From Candidatus Saganbacteria bacterium (GTDB lineage Bacteria > Margulisbacteria > WOR-1 > O2-12-FULL-45-9 > XYB2-FULL-48-7): a DNA stretch of 64,000 nt. A program made the position numbers and the translations under genes. Each line of letters opens with the position of its first letter. The first letter of the stretch is position 1. Of the stretch, positions 48,704-57,203 are shown one piece after another. The stretch lies in NCBI GenBank assembly GCA_016939335.1, contig JAFGHC010000019.1, positions 23,090 through 87,089 on the forward strand. Direction: 5' to 3'. The notes below the pieces were generated by a model. That model was not told where the DNA came from. It saw only the letters and a program-made list of their open reading frames with translations, and did not search any database.

Positions 48704-48980
48704 TTGCTTCGCAAAAATTTAAGCAGAAGAATTAAGAATGAAGGGGGCCTCCCCATCAAGCAAAATTTCCTTAATCCTTCTACTTCACCTTAATCCTTGA
48801 GGCAGCAAGCGAGCGGAAGAAAAATACCATGTCCCGGAGCCGCCGCCCCCGGCGCGGAGGGCAAATCCATGGGCTGAGCCAGTCAATGCTCCCCCTATGC
48901 TGATTTCTAGTCGCCTTAATAAAACAGTCCGCCCAAAACACCCAAGCCGCTCAGCCCCCCCCCCTTACTTAAAACACCTA

Positions 48981-49008
48981 TTGACAAATTTATATATAAT
49001 GTTATAAT
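48981..49008 (+). promoter_or_regulatory. Consensus sigma70-like promoter (TTGACA-16-TATAAT) of the RHH/GHKL cassette
   Basis: ttgaca at 48981-48986, tataat at 49003-49008. It is followed by RBS taggaggga and the ATG at 49063. Confidence 0.5.
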
Positions 49009-49062
49009 TAATGCATTAGATGAATTGCTTAACTGCTTAATGAATACAACATAGGAGGGAAT

Positions 49063-50115
49063 ATGAGATACTTTATCGATGTGCGCCAAGATCAGCTAGA
49101 AACAATAAATAAGTTGATAGCGAGAGGGAAATATTCTAATCTGCCTCAATTTGCTCAGGCCGCAATTGATAATCAAATATATTTAGAGGGGGCAGAGGAA
49201 AATCATCCACCATCAAAGCTGAGAAAAACAAATCTATATAACAAGAACAACTTTTATGATGAGGTCGAAATACATGATAGAGATTTTAATAGCCTACTGA
49301 TGGTTCCGAGCAAGCTCCCGATTGCCGTCAAGCCCCCAACCTTTAAAGACCTGGGCTGCTCAATGTTTGGCAATGAAGAGGAGGCATGCTGGTTGTGGGG
49401 GCAAACAAACAAAATATTTCCTATAAAACTTGGGCTTCGCGTTCTCTTAGTTCTAACAAATGAATGGATTGAATTAGACGTATTTAAAAAGAAGGCTACT
49501 GAGGTTGCGATTGAATATGGCTACAGATTGCGCGCTTATGAAAATAAAGAGGGGGGGAGCAGGGACAGTAAAATATCTGCCGGGCTACCGGCGAATCTAA
49601 AAGCCGACAGCAGCCAGAAGCGCTACCAACTGCACTTTCTTGCGTATACTAGAAAAGACAATAAGCTGGATGGCGCAATGTCATACTTGCGATTTACCAA
49701 TATCAAAAAGAATGAAAAGGGGCGACCAATAATAGGCCTGACACAAGCCGGGATTGATTTTGCGAAAATAATTAGCCCGGTAATCGACCAGCAAAACTAT
49801 CAAACAAGTCTAAACATAGATGAAATCAATTATTATCTTAATCATGCTATCGAAAATGTTCGTGGCGAAGGGTCAGCAATATTATGGCTTCTTTCCACAC
49901 TTAACAAGGGGGTAAATAAAAGAGAAGAAATCAATGCCGCCATTAGAGATAAATATAGATGGGGAGCGTCTGCCGCCGTAATTAACACTCAGCGATCAGG
50001 CCTGATGTCGCGCATGTATGAGTTGGGACTTATTCTTAAAGAGAAGGATGGGATTAATGTTAATTATGGCGTTTCAAAAGCGGGGGAAAAACTTTTAACC
50101 GATATAGGTGCTTAG
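49063..50115 (+). CDS. DNA-binding protein: N-terminal ribbon-helix-helix plus two winged-helix-like modules (350 aa)
   Basis: RYFIDVRQDQLETINKLIARGKYSNLPQFAQAAIDNQIYLE fits the strand-helix-helix pattern of CopG/Arc. RPIIGLTQAGIDFAKI and MSRMYELGLILKEKDGINVNYGVSKAGEKLL look like wHTH recognition helix plus wing. AT-rich codon usage. Confidence 0.5.
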   Translation: MRYFIDVRQDQLETINKLIARGKYSNLPQFAQAAIDNQIYLEGAEENHPPSKLRKTNLYNKNNFYDEVEIHDRDFNSLLMVPSKLPIAVKPPTFKDLGCSMFGNEEEACWLWGQTNKIFPIKLGLRVLLVLTNEWIELDVFKKKATEVAIEYGYRLRAYENKEGGSRDSKISAGLPANLKADSSQKRYQLHFLAYTRKDNKLDGAMSYLRFTNIKKNEKGRPIIGLTQAGIDFAKIISPVIDQQNYQTSLNIDEINYYLNHAIENVRGEGSAILWLLSTLNKGVNKREEINAAIRDKYRWGASAAVINTQRSGLMSRMYELGLILKEKDGINVNYGVSKAGEKLLTDIGA

Positions 50116-50125
50116 GGAGCTTGCC

Positions 50126-52402
50126 ATGGATAACAGAAAATTACTTGAATCACTATTATTATCAGAAACAGAAGACGAGGTGGACAAGATTGTAACGACA
50201 AATGTAGTATTCCAAAAGGAAGATAATTGGAAAAAATACGGTGCCCTCGAGAATAATTGGGGCTCCGTGGGGAGCCAACAGGACGAGGCGTCGTCTGCCC
50301 TGGTAGAGAAAATTGTTAATTCAATAGATGCCTTGCTTCTTCTGAAATGCAACCAAATAGGCATTGACCCGAAATCCAGCAGCGCGCCCGCCGACATGTT
50401 CCTTGCCGCAGAAAGATTCTTTGGCGTAAAACAAAATCGATTGCATGAATTGAGCGGCAAGCGGCTTTCTGAGCTTGCGCAAAATATTCAGCTAATTGCG
50501 ACTGGAGAAAAGGGGGCGGATAAATACCCCTCCCTGGCCATTGCCGACCTTGGCGAAGGACAAAATCCCAGCGAATTTTGTACCACCTTTTTGTCTCTAC
50601 ATAAAAGCAATAAAATGAGCATCCCCTTTGTGCAGGGCAAATTTAATATGGGCGGAACTGGCGTTGTTCGATATTGTGGCAAAAAATATGGCTATCAATT
50701 ATTAATTTCGAAAAGAAATCCGGATTTGAAGGGCGCCGATGGGCTTTGGGGCTTTACATTAATTCGACGCCAAAGACCCACCGGAAACCGAAAGAATTCT
50801 GTAATACAATATTTTGCCCCCAGCGGCCTTATCCCAACATTGGATGAAAAATCCTTAGATTTATTACCACAAACAAAAGCCGAAAAAGCAGAACCTTATC
50901 AAAAAGCAATGGAATGGGGCACATATATAAAATTATATGAATATCAGATTAGGGAAAGATCAAGCATAATATTAGATTTATTTGTCACACTAAACAAGGC
51001 GCTTCATAGCATCGCATTGCCAATAAGATTAATTGAATGTCGTACCTATGGGGGGCACTCCCCCGAGATCAATTTAATCGGCTTAGACCAAAGACTTGAA
51101 GCTGACAGATCGGATCTATTAGACAAGGATTTCCCGGCAAGCAGCTATGCGGAATTGGGTCCCTTAGGGAAAGTCCGCATTACATATTATTTGTTTAATT
51201 ACGAGTTAACGGGCAAGCAAGCTGAGCGCTGGCTCGGGAGAGAGCCTATTTATTTTACTATTAACGGGCAAACACATGCCAGGCTCCCATCCTATTTTTT
51301 ATGCCGGCAAAACGTACGGCTTGACTACCTGGAAAAACACCTATTGATTCACATAGATTGCTCTGCGATTCCGAATGATTTGGTAGAAGATTTATTTATG
51401 AGCTCTAGGGATAGAATGGTGAAGGGCGTATTGAGAGATCAAATCGAAGATGATCTAGAGAAAATATTAAAAAGCCATACCGGATTATGCGAGAAAAACG
51501 AAGAATATCGGCAAAAGCGAGTGAAAAATAAAATCGAAGATGAAACAATTAAACTGGATGCATTAAACAAAATCATTTCGTCTAGCCCCATTCTTGCCAA
51601 GTTGTTTGGGAAGGGGATAAAATTAAGCAACCCTTTCATGCGTGGTCAAAAAGAGGCTCATTTCCAAGGCAAACGTTATCCAACATATTTCAGGATTGCG
51701 AAAAAACATGAGGGGGTGTTGCTTAAAGAATGCCCAACGCATGGCCATTGTGTAATATTATTTGAGACGGACGCACAGAATGATTATCTTACTAGACTTG
51801 ACGATCCCGGAAAATTGGAATATTCGGCAGGGAAGAATGTCAAAAATGTATTTTTATTTAACGGGCTTTTACATTTAGAATTCCACCCGAGAAAAGAATT
51901 CAAAGCTGGGGACAGAATTGACATTGAAGTAAAATTATCGTCTCCCGATGCCCCTGAAGGCTATTATAAACAAAATTTTCAAGTGCTGATCGTCCCCGTC
52001 CCAAAGGAACAAGAAAAAGGGAAAAAGAAAAAGAGAAGGCTGGATGCTGCAGGCTTGGCTTTACCCAAAATATACGAAGTCCATAAAGATGAGTGGGCGT
52101 CTTACTCGTGGGGAGAGGAAGATGCTATTGAAATAGATAAAACCGAAAGCAAAACGGACGCATTTATAAATATTGACAACATATATTTACGTAGAGAGTT
52201 GGACAAAGACTCGAAAAGCTCTGAAATAATAAAGGAACAATTTAAATGGGGGATGGTATTAGTCGCCCTAGGAGTTAAGGAAAAAATCGATGGCCTTGAT
52301 CATGAGGGGGACGCAAAGAAATTATTACAAGAAGTAACCCAAGGCATGTCTCAAGTGATCTTGCCTATAATTCGCTCTCTTAGCAAGCTTGATCAATATT
52401 AG
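50126..52402 (+). CDS. GHKL (Bergerat-fold, HATPase_c_3/MORC-like) ATPase with ~500-aa uncharacterised C-terminal region (758 aa)
   Basis: N box LVEKIVNSIDA (E-x-x-x-N-x-x-D), G1 box IADLGEGQN (D-x-G-x-G), G2-like QGKFNMGGTGVV. The ATG at 50126 has gggag 7 nt upstream. An alternative GTG at 50108 would overlap the upstream stop (50113-50115). Confidence 0.65.
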   Translation: MDNRKLLESLLLSETEDEVDKIVTTNVVFQKEDNWKKYGALENNWGSVGSQQDEASSALVEKIVNSIDALLLLKCNQIGIDPKSSSAPADMFLAAERFFGVKQNRLHELSGKRLSELAQNIQLIATGEKGADKYPSLAIADLGEGQNPSEFCTTFLSLHKSNKMSIPFVQGKFNMGGTGVVRYCGKKYGYQLLISKRNPDLKGADGLWGFTLIRRQRPTGNRKNSVIQYFAPSGLIPTLDEKSLDLLPQTKAEKAEPYQKAMEWGTYIKLYEYQIRERSSIILDLFVTLNKALHSIALPIRLIECRTYGGHSPEINLIGLDQRLEADRSDLLDKDFPASSYAELGPLGKVRITYYLFNYELTGKQAERWLGREPIYFTINGQTHARLPSYFLCRQNVRLDYLEKHLLIHIDCSAIPNDLVEDLFMSSRDRMVKGVLRDQIEDDLEKILKSHTGLCEKNEEYRQKRVKNKIEDETIKLDALNKIISSSPILAKLFGKGIKLSNPFMRGQKEAHFQGKRYPTYFRIAKKHEGVLLKECPTHGHCVILFETDAQNDYLTRLDDPGKLEYSAGKNVKNVFLFNGLLHLEFHPRKEFKAGDRIDIEVKLSSPDAPEGYYKQNFQVLIVPVPKEQEKGKKKKRRLDAAGLALPKIYEVHKDEWASYSWGEEDAIEIDKTESKTDAFINIDNIYLRRELDKDSKSSEIIKEQFKWGMVLVALGVKEKIDGLDHEGDAKKLLQEVTQGMSQVILPIIRSLSKLDQY

Positions 52403-52454
52403 CCGGTTTTGCCATAAAGACTGCGGACCTGCCCCTTCCCCGTCTCAACCCCCA

Positions 52455-52482
52455 TTGACACCGACGGGACAGGGAGTATAAT
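52455..52482 (+). promoter_or_regulatory. Consensus sigma70-like promoter (TTGACA-16-TATAAT) for small ORF copy B
   Basis: ttgaca at 52455-52460, tataat at 52477-52482. Confidence 0.45.
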
Positions 52483-52514
52483 CTCCTCAATAATCGACGG
52501 GAGGTGTTAAAAAC

Positions 52515-52643
52515 ATGGCAGAAAAAGTCGCGAAGGTTGGTGTCAAGAGAGTCGAAGGATATCTTTATTTCGTCGACAAGCAGGGGGATATTTCCCGCGC
52601 CAAGATGGCCCGCGGCCGGAAAAGATCCAAAAAGCGCAGATAA
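52515..52643 (+). CDS. 42-aa basic protein, copy B (MAEKVAKVGVKRVEGYLYFVDKQGDISRAKMARGRKRSKKRR)
   Basis: Paralogue of 44992-45120 with its own promoter and an RBS (gggagg). It differs at 4 residues (RK to KR, A to E, K to R). Confidence 0.6.
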   Translation: MAEKVAKVGVKRVEGYLYFVDKQGDISRAKMARGRKRSKKRR

Positions 52644-52780
52644 TTTTTCCTAACAATTAACGGCTTACGCTCTTGCCTTATGACAATAGTTGTAAGTCGT
52701 TAGTTGTTAGTTGTAGTCCGCCAGACGCTTAAAGGACGCCGGCGGACGAGTTGTAGCGAGCGGAGCGAGCGTGTTGTTAG

Positions 52781-53395
52781 TTAATCAGCAAACGGCTTGA
52801 TCCGGCGGTTCTCGTGCTTGTCGTAGCGGGCCGTGCTCCAGGCGACCAGGCGCGCATGCTGGCCCGGCTTGTAAGTCGGCGGATTGAGCTTCGACAGCCT
52901 GAACTGTTCGTCAAATTGCCTCTCTTTTTCGACCGGCATCCGGTCGATCCCCGCGAAGATCGCCCGCAGCGTCCCGATGTATCGCTTGAAGGGCGGCACC
53001 CCCTTGTAGACGTAAACGAAGTCCTTGAGATCTTTGGTCCGGCGGTATTTGCGGTACCACTTGCCGGTGGCGATGATCTCGCTGGTCCGGTAGATATTAT
53101 TATAAATGGAAGAAAACCGGCTCGCGCCGTTGCAGACGCCGGTCAGATTATAGCTGCCCTTTGGGTAATTTCGGCCGAAAGTGCTCTCCGCGCCGGCCAC
53201 CGCCAGATAAAGCCGGTAGTCGAGGCCGAACCGGTCGGCGCAATAGAGGATCTCGTGGACATGCCCGCGCAGGGGGCTGCCGGGATACCGGGCCAGAAAT
53301 TTCTTGAGCTTGACGGCGCGCAGGTCGCGCGCCTCCCCGCTCCCAACCAGCGCCGCCAGCAGCAAGACGATTATTATTGATATTTTTTTCATCAT
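52781..53395 (-). CDS. Secreted protein, possible peptidoglycan hydrolase (lysozyme-like/glucosaminidase-like)
   Basis: Signal peptide MMKKISIIIVLLLAALVGSGEA. LAVAGAESTFGRN...YNLTGV resembles the catalytic Glu region of glucosaminidase/SLT folds. Confidence 0.35.
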   Translation of the reverse strand: MMKKISIIIVLLLAALVGSGEARDLRAVKLKKFLARYPGSPLRGHVHEILYCADRFGLDYRLYLAVAGAESTFGRNYPKGSYNLTGVCNGASRFSSIYNNIYRTSEIIATGKWYRKYRRTKDLKDFVYVYKGVPPFKRYIGTLRAIFAGIDRMPVEKERQFDEQFRLSKLNPPTYKPGQHARLVAWSTARYDKHENRRIKPFAD

Positions 53396-53486
53396 GTTAC
53401 TGCTTCGTCCGGACCGCGCCGCAATTTCAATTATACCCTATTTTCGTCTTTACATTAATGGCCCGCACGACTATAATGAGGTCCAT

Positions 53487-54038
53487 ATGATGCGCAGGAA
53501 CCCGCTCTTCAAAAGTTTCTTTTGTTTGTTCCTCCTGCTGGCTTTTTTGCTTGGCGGCTCGCTGATCCCCGACCGCCCGGCCGAGGCCAAGGCCAAAAAG
53601 ATCGTCCGCAAGATCAAAAAAAGCAAAGTCAAACGCAAGGCTAAAAAGACGTTGGTCAAGAAGAAAGCGGTCAAAAAGAAAGCGGTCAGGAAGAAAGCGG
53701 TCAGGAAGAAAGTGGTCAAAAAAGTGCGCCGGGTCGCCGTGAAAAAACCCGCGCCTAAAAAGCCCGCGAAAAAGGCGTTTGTCGTCTCAAACGATGCCGC
53801 GTATTACACGCTTCCCTCCTCGGGCACCATCACCCAAACCTTTGCCATCGAGGAAGGCGTCGGCGATCCCGAGGTCGACGCCCTGGTCGGCGCCATGAAG
53901 TCGCTCGGCGCGCTCGACTCCTACGCCGACACCAGCCGGAACACGCTGACCGTCAAATACAACGCCGCCAAACTCTCCTCGGCCCGCATTATTAAAAAAC
54001 TGAAAAGCCTCGGTTACACGGCCAAGCGCCAGGGTTAA
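53487..54038 (+). CDS. Secreted protein with Lys-rich low-complexity segment and ferredoxin-like (HMA-like) C-terminal domain
   Basis: Signal peptide MMRRNPLFKSFFCLFLLLAFLLGG. KKIVRKIKKSKVKRKAKKTLVKKKAVKKKAVRKKAVRKKVVKK. C-terminus ...TLTVKYNAAKLSSARIIKKLKSLGYTAK. tataat and gagg lie upstream. Confidence 0.45.
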   Translation: MMRRNPLFKSFFCLFLLLAFLLGGSLIPDRPAEAKAKKIVRKIKKSKVKRKAKKTLVKKKAVKKKAVRKKAVRKKVVKKVRRVAVKKPAPKKPAKKAFVVSNDAAYYTLPSSGTITQTFAIEEGVGDPEVDALVGAMKSLGALDSYADTSRNTLTVKYNAAKLSSARIIKKLKSLGYTAKRQG

Positions 54039-54052
54039 GCGCCGGGAGAATT

Positions 54053-55882
54053 ATGAGCAAGATCTGGAAATGGTCGCTGATCACCTTCGGGTCGCTCGCC
54101 GGCCTGTTTATCGTCGGCTCGGTCCTGCTGACCCTTTTTCTGCCGCTGGAACAGATCAAGGATCTCGCCGTCGCCCGCCTCTCGGAAACGCTCCACCGCC
54201 AGGTCAGGATCGAAAAAGTCTCGTTCAACCTCTTGTCCGGGATCAAGCTGGAGAAGCTGACGGTAGGCAACCGGCCCGGCTTTGCCGCCAAGCCTTTTGT
54301 CTCCGCCGACGCGATCGAGCTGCGCTATGCGCTCTGGCCGCTCTTCTCCCGCCAGCTGCTCATCAAGGAGATCCGGCTGGTCAAGCCCGCGATCCTGATC
54401 GAGAAAAACCGCGCCGGGGAAACTAATTTTTCCGACCTGACCAAACCGGGCAAGCCGGCCAAGGCGGCGTCGCCCTCTCCCCCGGGGAAACTCCCTTTTA
54501 ACCTGCTGGTCGCCAGCTTTTCGCTGACCGGCGGGAAGCTCACCTATGCCGACGCGGCGGCCGGGACCAGCGCGGTCAACAACCTGAACGTTTCCGTCAC
54601 GGGGTTTGAGCTGGCGCTGGTCAAGCCGATCGATTTTAAGCTCTCTGCCGACCTGCTTTATCAGGGGAAAGCCGTTCCCGCTGCGCTCTCGGGACAGGTC
54701 AGCCTTGATATGGAACATGCCTCCGCCGCCCTGTCGCACGGCTCGCTCTCCCTGGCCGGCGAAAAGGCCGACTTTGCCGCCGGTATAAACAACTGGCAAC
54801 GGCCGGACATCACTTTCTCCGTCTCGTCGGGCAGCCTCTCCGTCGACCCCCTGCTGGCGCCCTTTGCCGCCGCTCCGGCCGGCCCCAAGAAAGGGGCAAT
54901 GAAGCCGGGCGAGCTGACGGCCCTCGTTAACCGGACGACCGCGTCGCTGCCGGGCTACCTGACGGCGCGCGGCGACATCAAGATCGACAACCTTTCCTTC
55001 CAGAAATTCAAGCTCGACAAGGTCAATTGCCGCCTCTCCCTGGCCGGCAAGGTCGCCCGGGCGGAGATCAAAGAGATCAAGCTTTACGACGGCCGGCTCT
55101 CCGGCCGCCTGACGGCCGACCTGAACGTTCCCGGCCTCGCTTATTCGGTCAAGGACCTGCGGCTTGAGGGCTTCAATGCCGCGCCGTTCTCCAACGCTGT
55201 CGTCGGCACCTTTTTGACCGCCCTGCCCGATCATAAGGACCTGCTGGATAAGGTTTACGGGACGCTCGACCTCTCCGCCGCGCTGCAGGGGCGCGGCATC
55301 GAGCCGAAAGAGGTCATGGCCAACCTCTCGCTTGACGGCTCGCTCACCCTCAAGCATGGCGAGCTGAAACGGCTCAAGACCCTGGCCGAGATCGGCAAGA
55401 CGCTGAAATCGAACAGCCTGCAGCGGGACCTCAAATTCGGCGCGCTTTATTCCGGTTTCAGTTTCAGGGACCAGGTGGCAACGGCCCGCGGGCTGAAGAT
55501 CGAAGAGAACGATTTTAAGCTCTATTTTACCGGCGGCGCCGACCTGAAAACCCTGCAGTGGGTGCCGGGCAACCGCTTGAGCCTCAAACTGGCCCCGGCG
55601 CTGACGTCCGGGCTGGCGCCGGAGTTCACGATTTTCCGGGATAAGGATGGCTGGCTGGAACTGACTTTTGAGATCACCGGCGGCCTGAAACTTCCCCTTC
55701 CCAAGCCGATCCTCGCCAAACCGCTGGAAACGGCCGTCGGCAAGATGAAGGTCAAGGTCGAGGCGAAAAAAGTCGAGATCGAAAATGCCGCCCAGAAAGC
55801 CGCCCAGGAGAAAGTCGAAGCCGAAAAAAGCCGTCTGCAGGAAGAGGCGAAAAACCAGCTCCAGCAGCTGTTCAAACACTAG
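54053..55882 (+). CDS. AsmA-family outer-membrane biogenesis protein
   Basis: N-terminal TM anchor, then the AsmA-like opening IKDLAVARLSETLHRQVRIEKVSFNLLSGIKLEKLTVGN and a repetitive beta-rich body. Confidence 0.65.
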   Translation: MSKIWKWSLITFGSLAGLFIVGSVLLTLFLPLEQIKDLAVARLSETLHRQVRIEKVSFNLLSGIKLEKLTVGNRPGFAAKPFVSADAIELRYALWPLFSRQLLIKEIRLVKPAILIEKNRAGETNFSDLTKPGKPAKAASPSPPGKLPFNLLVASFSLTGGKLTYADAAAGTSAVNNLNVSVTGFELALVKPIDFKLSADLLYQGKAVPAALSGQVSLDMEHASAALSHGSLSLAGEKADFAAGINNWQRPDITFSVSSGSLSVDPLLAPFAAAPAGPKKGAMKPGELTALVNRTTASLPGYLTARGDIKIDNLSFQKFKLDKVNCRLSLAGKVARAEIKEIKLYDGRLSGRLTADLNVPGLAYSVKDLRLEGFNAAPFSNAVVGTFLTALPDHKDLLDKVYGTLDLSAALQGRGIEPKEVMANLSLDGSLTLKHGELKRLKTLAEIGKTLKSNSLQRDLKFGALYSGFSFRDQVATARGLKIEENDFKLYFTGGADLKTLQWVPGNRLSLKLAPALTSGLAPEFTIFRDKDGWLELTFEITGGLKLPLPKPILAKPLETAVGKMKVKVEAKKVEIENAAQKAAQEKVEAEKSRLQEEAKNQLQQLFKH

Positions 55883-55976
55883 CCTTTTCCCGCCTTCACG
55901 TGCCCTTTCTTGCCCCCTCCCGAACACAAGTTTTTCCCCTCCCAAGACGATATATAGGTAGAAGGAGACCAGCGCC

Positions 55977-56303
55977 ATGAAAAAGTTGTTCTGCCTGTCT
56001 TTTTTGCTTATTTTAGCCATTTTTTGGGCATCGTGCGCCATGGCTGCCGACCCATATGACCTGAAAGTTAAGACCCTTTATTCCGCCCCTGACGAGAACA
56101 CCAGCGTGATCTACAATATCCCGATCGAGGTCCGGTTACTCGACGTTTCGAACGACGCTAACTGGCATAAAGTCAGGATCGCCTACCGCCTCGGCCCCCT
56201 CTGCTACACCTACGAGGGGTGGGTCAAGATCCCGGTCGGCGAACTCGTGGCCGCCCGCACCGACAAAGTGGCCAAAAACCCCGCCGCCGACCCGGCCGAG
56301 TAA
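55977..56303 (+). CDS. Small secreted protein, SH3b-like
   Basis: Signal peptide MKKLFCLSFLLILAIFWASCAMA. NWHKVRIAY...YEGWVKIP resembles bacterial SH3 motifs. Confidence 0.4.
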   Translation: MKKLFCLSFLLILAIFWASCAMAADPYDLKVKTLYSAPDENTSVIYNIPIEVRLLDVSNDANWHKVRIAYRLGPLCYTYEGWVKIPVGELVAARTDKVAKNPAADPAE

Positions 56304-56369
56304 TCGGGCTTGTTTTAAGATAATCCCCCTGCTATAATCGCTCCGGCTGAACAGCCAAGGAGGGATTAT

Positions 56370-56534
56370 ATGGTCAGCAAAATCATTAAAGTCCTCGTCG
56401 GTCTCGCTTTCATCGTTTTGGGCGCTTGGGCCATGGCCGTCTGGTGGGGAGACCTGCTGACGCTGGTCCGCGGCGGCATCGGCCTCGCCCTGATCCTGGC
56501 CGGCCTGATCGCCTTTGCCCTGGTCGCCGACTGA
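56370..56534 (+). CDS. 54-aa two-helix membrane protein
   Basis: Below the track cutoff. RBS aaggaggg upstream. MVSKIIKVLVGLAFIVLGAWAMAVWWGDLLTLVRGGIGLALILAGLIAFALVAD. Confidence 0.45.
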   Translation: MVSKIIKVLVGLAFIVLGAWAMAVWWGDLLTLVRGGIGLALILAGLIAFALVAD

Positions 56535-56541
56535 CCGCAAC

Positions 56542-57060
56542 GTGAAAGAAGAGCTGCTTAAACTCCTGAAGGAGCAGGAGGCGTTCAGGTTCGGTAAATT
56601 CACTCTCTCCTCCGGCAAGCAAAGCGATTTTTACGTCGACTGCCGCAAGGTCACGCTTCATCCCCAGGGCGCCAGGCTGATCGCCGGGCTGGTCCTGGAA
56701 AAAATTAAAGGGCTGAAAGCCGACGCGGTCGGGGGGCTGACCCTCGGCGCCGACCCGATCACTTCGTCAGTCGTCGTGCTGGGCGGGCTCCCCGGTTTTA
56801 TCGTCAGGAAAAAGGCCAAAGAGCACGGCACCAAACAACGGATCGAAGGGCTCCTGCAGCCGGGCTGGCGCGTGGTTATCGTCGAGGACGTGGCGACTAC
56901 CGGCGCATCGGCGCTGGAGGCGATCGAGGCGGCAGAAGCAGCCGGCGCCGAAGTCGTAAAAGTCATCTCCGTCGTCGATCGGGAAGAAGGGGCCGCCGAG
57001 GCGCTCAAAAACTATTCCTTCGACCCTATTTTCAAAAAATCAGAACTGATTAACAGTTAA
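56542..57060 (+). CDS. pyrE: Orotate phosphoribosyltransferase
   Basis: FRFGKFTLSSGKQSDFYVDCR, PRPP loop VVIVEDVATTGAS. GTG start at 56542. Confidence 0.8.
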   Translation: MKEELLKLLKEQEAFRFGKFTLSSGKQSDFYVDCRKVTLHPQGARLIAGLVLEKIKGLKADAVGGLTLGADPITSSVVVLGGLPGFIVRKKAKEHGTKQRIEGLLQPGWRVVIVEDVATTGASALEAIEAAEAAGAEVVKVISVVDREEGAAEALKNYSFDPIFKKSELINS

Positions 57061-57122
57061 CCGGTTTTTTGCTATAATCTGTCTGTCCCTCAGTGATAAG
57101 TTATAAGTTATCGGTTAGGCGC

Positions 57123-57195
57123 GCCCGTGTAGCTCAGTTGGTAGAGCATTTCCATGGTAAGGAAAAGGTCGCCGGTTCAATTCCGGCCGCGGGCT
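57123..57195 (+). tRNA. tRNA-Thr (anticodon GGU); CCA not encoded
   Basis: Acceptor GCCCGTG/CGCGGGC (one G-U pair). D arm gctc-agttggta-gagc. Anticodon arm tttcc-ATGGTAA-ggaaa. T arm gccgg-ttcaatt-ccggc. It sits upstream of tuf, as in many bacteria. Confidence 0.88.
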
Positions 57196-57203
57196 TTGAT
57201 AAT

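Noticed and set aside
48704-48980. ~280-nt ORF-free stretch with a GC-rich patch (48831-48960) between the att-like repeat and the cassette promoter, considered as a structured ncRNA.
   Set aside because: I could not find convincing conserved-looking helices or a known RNA motif by eye. It may be degraded coding sequence. It is left unannotated, and covariance-model scanning would be needed.
52431-52446. ccttccccgtctca, as a possible degenerate third copy of the tRNA-Tyr 3' end marking the right edge of the second island module.
   Set aside because: Only 8 contiguous matching nucleotides. This is insufficient to call an att remnant.
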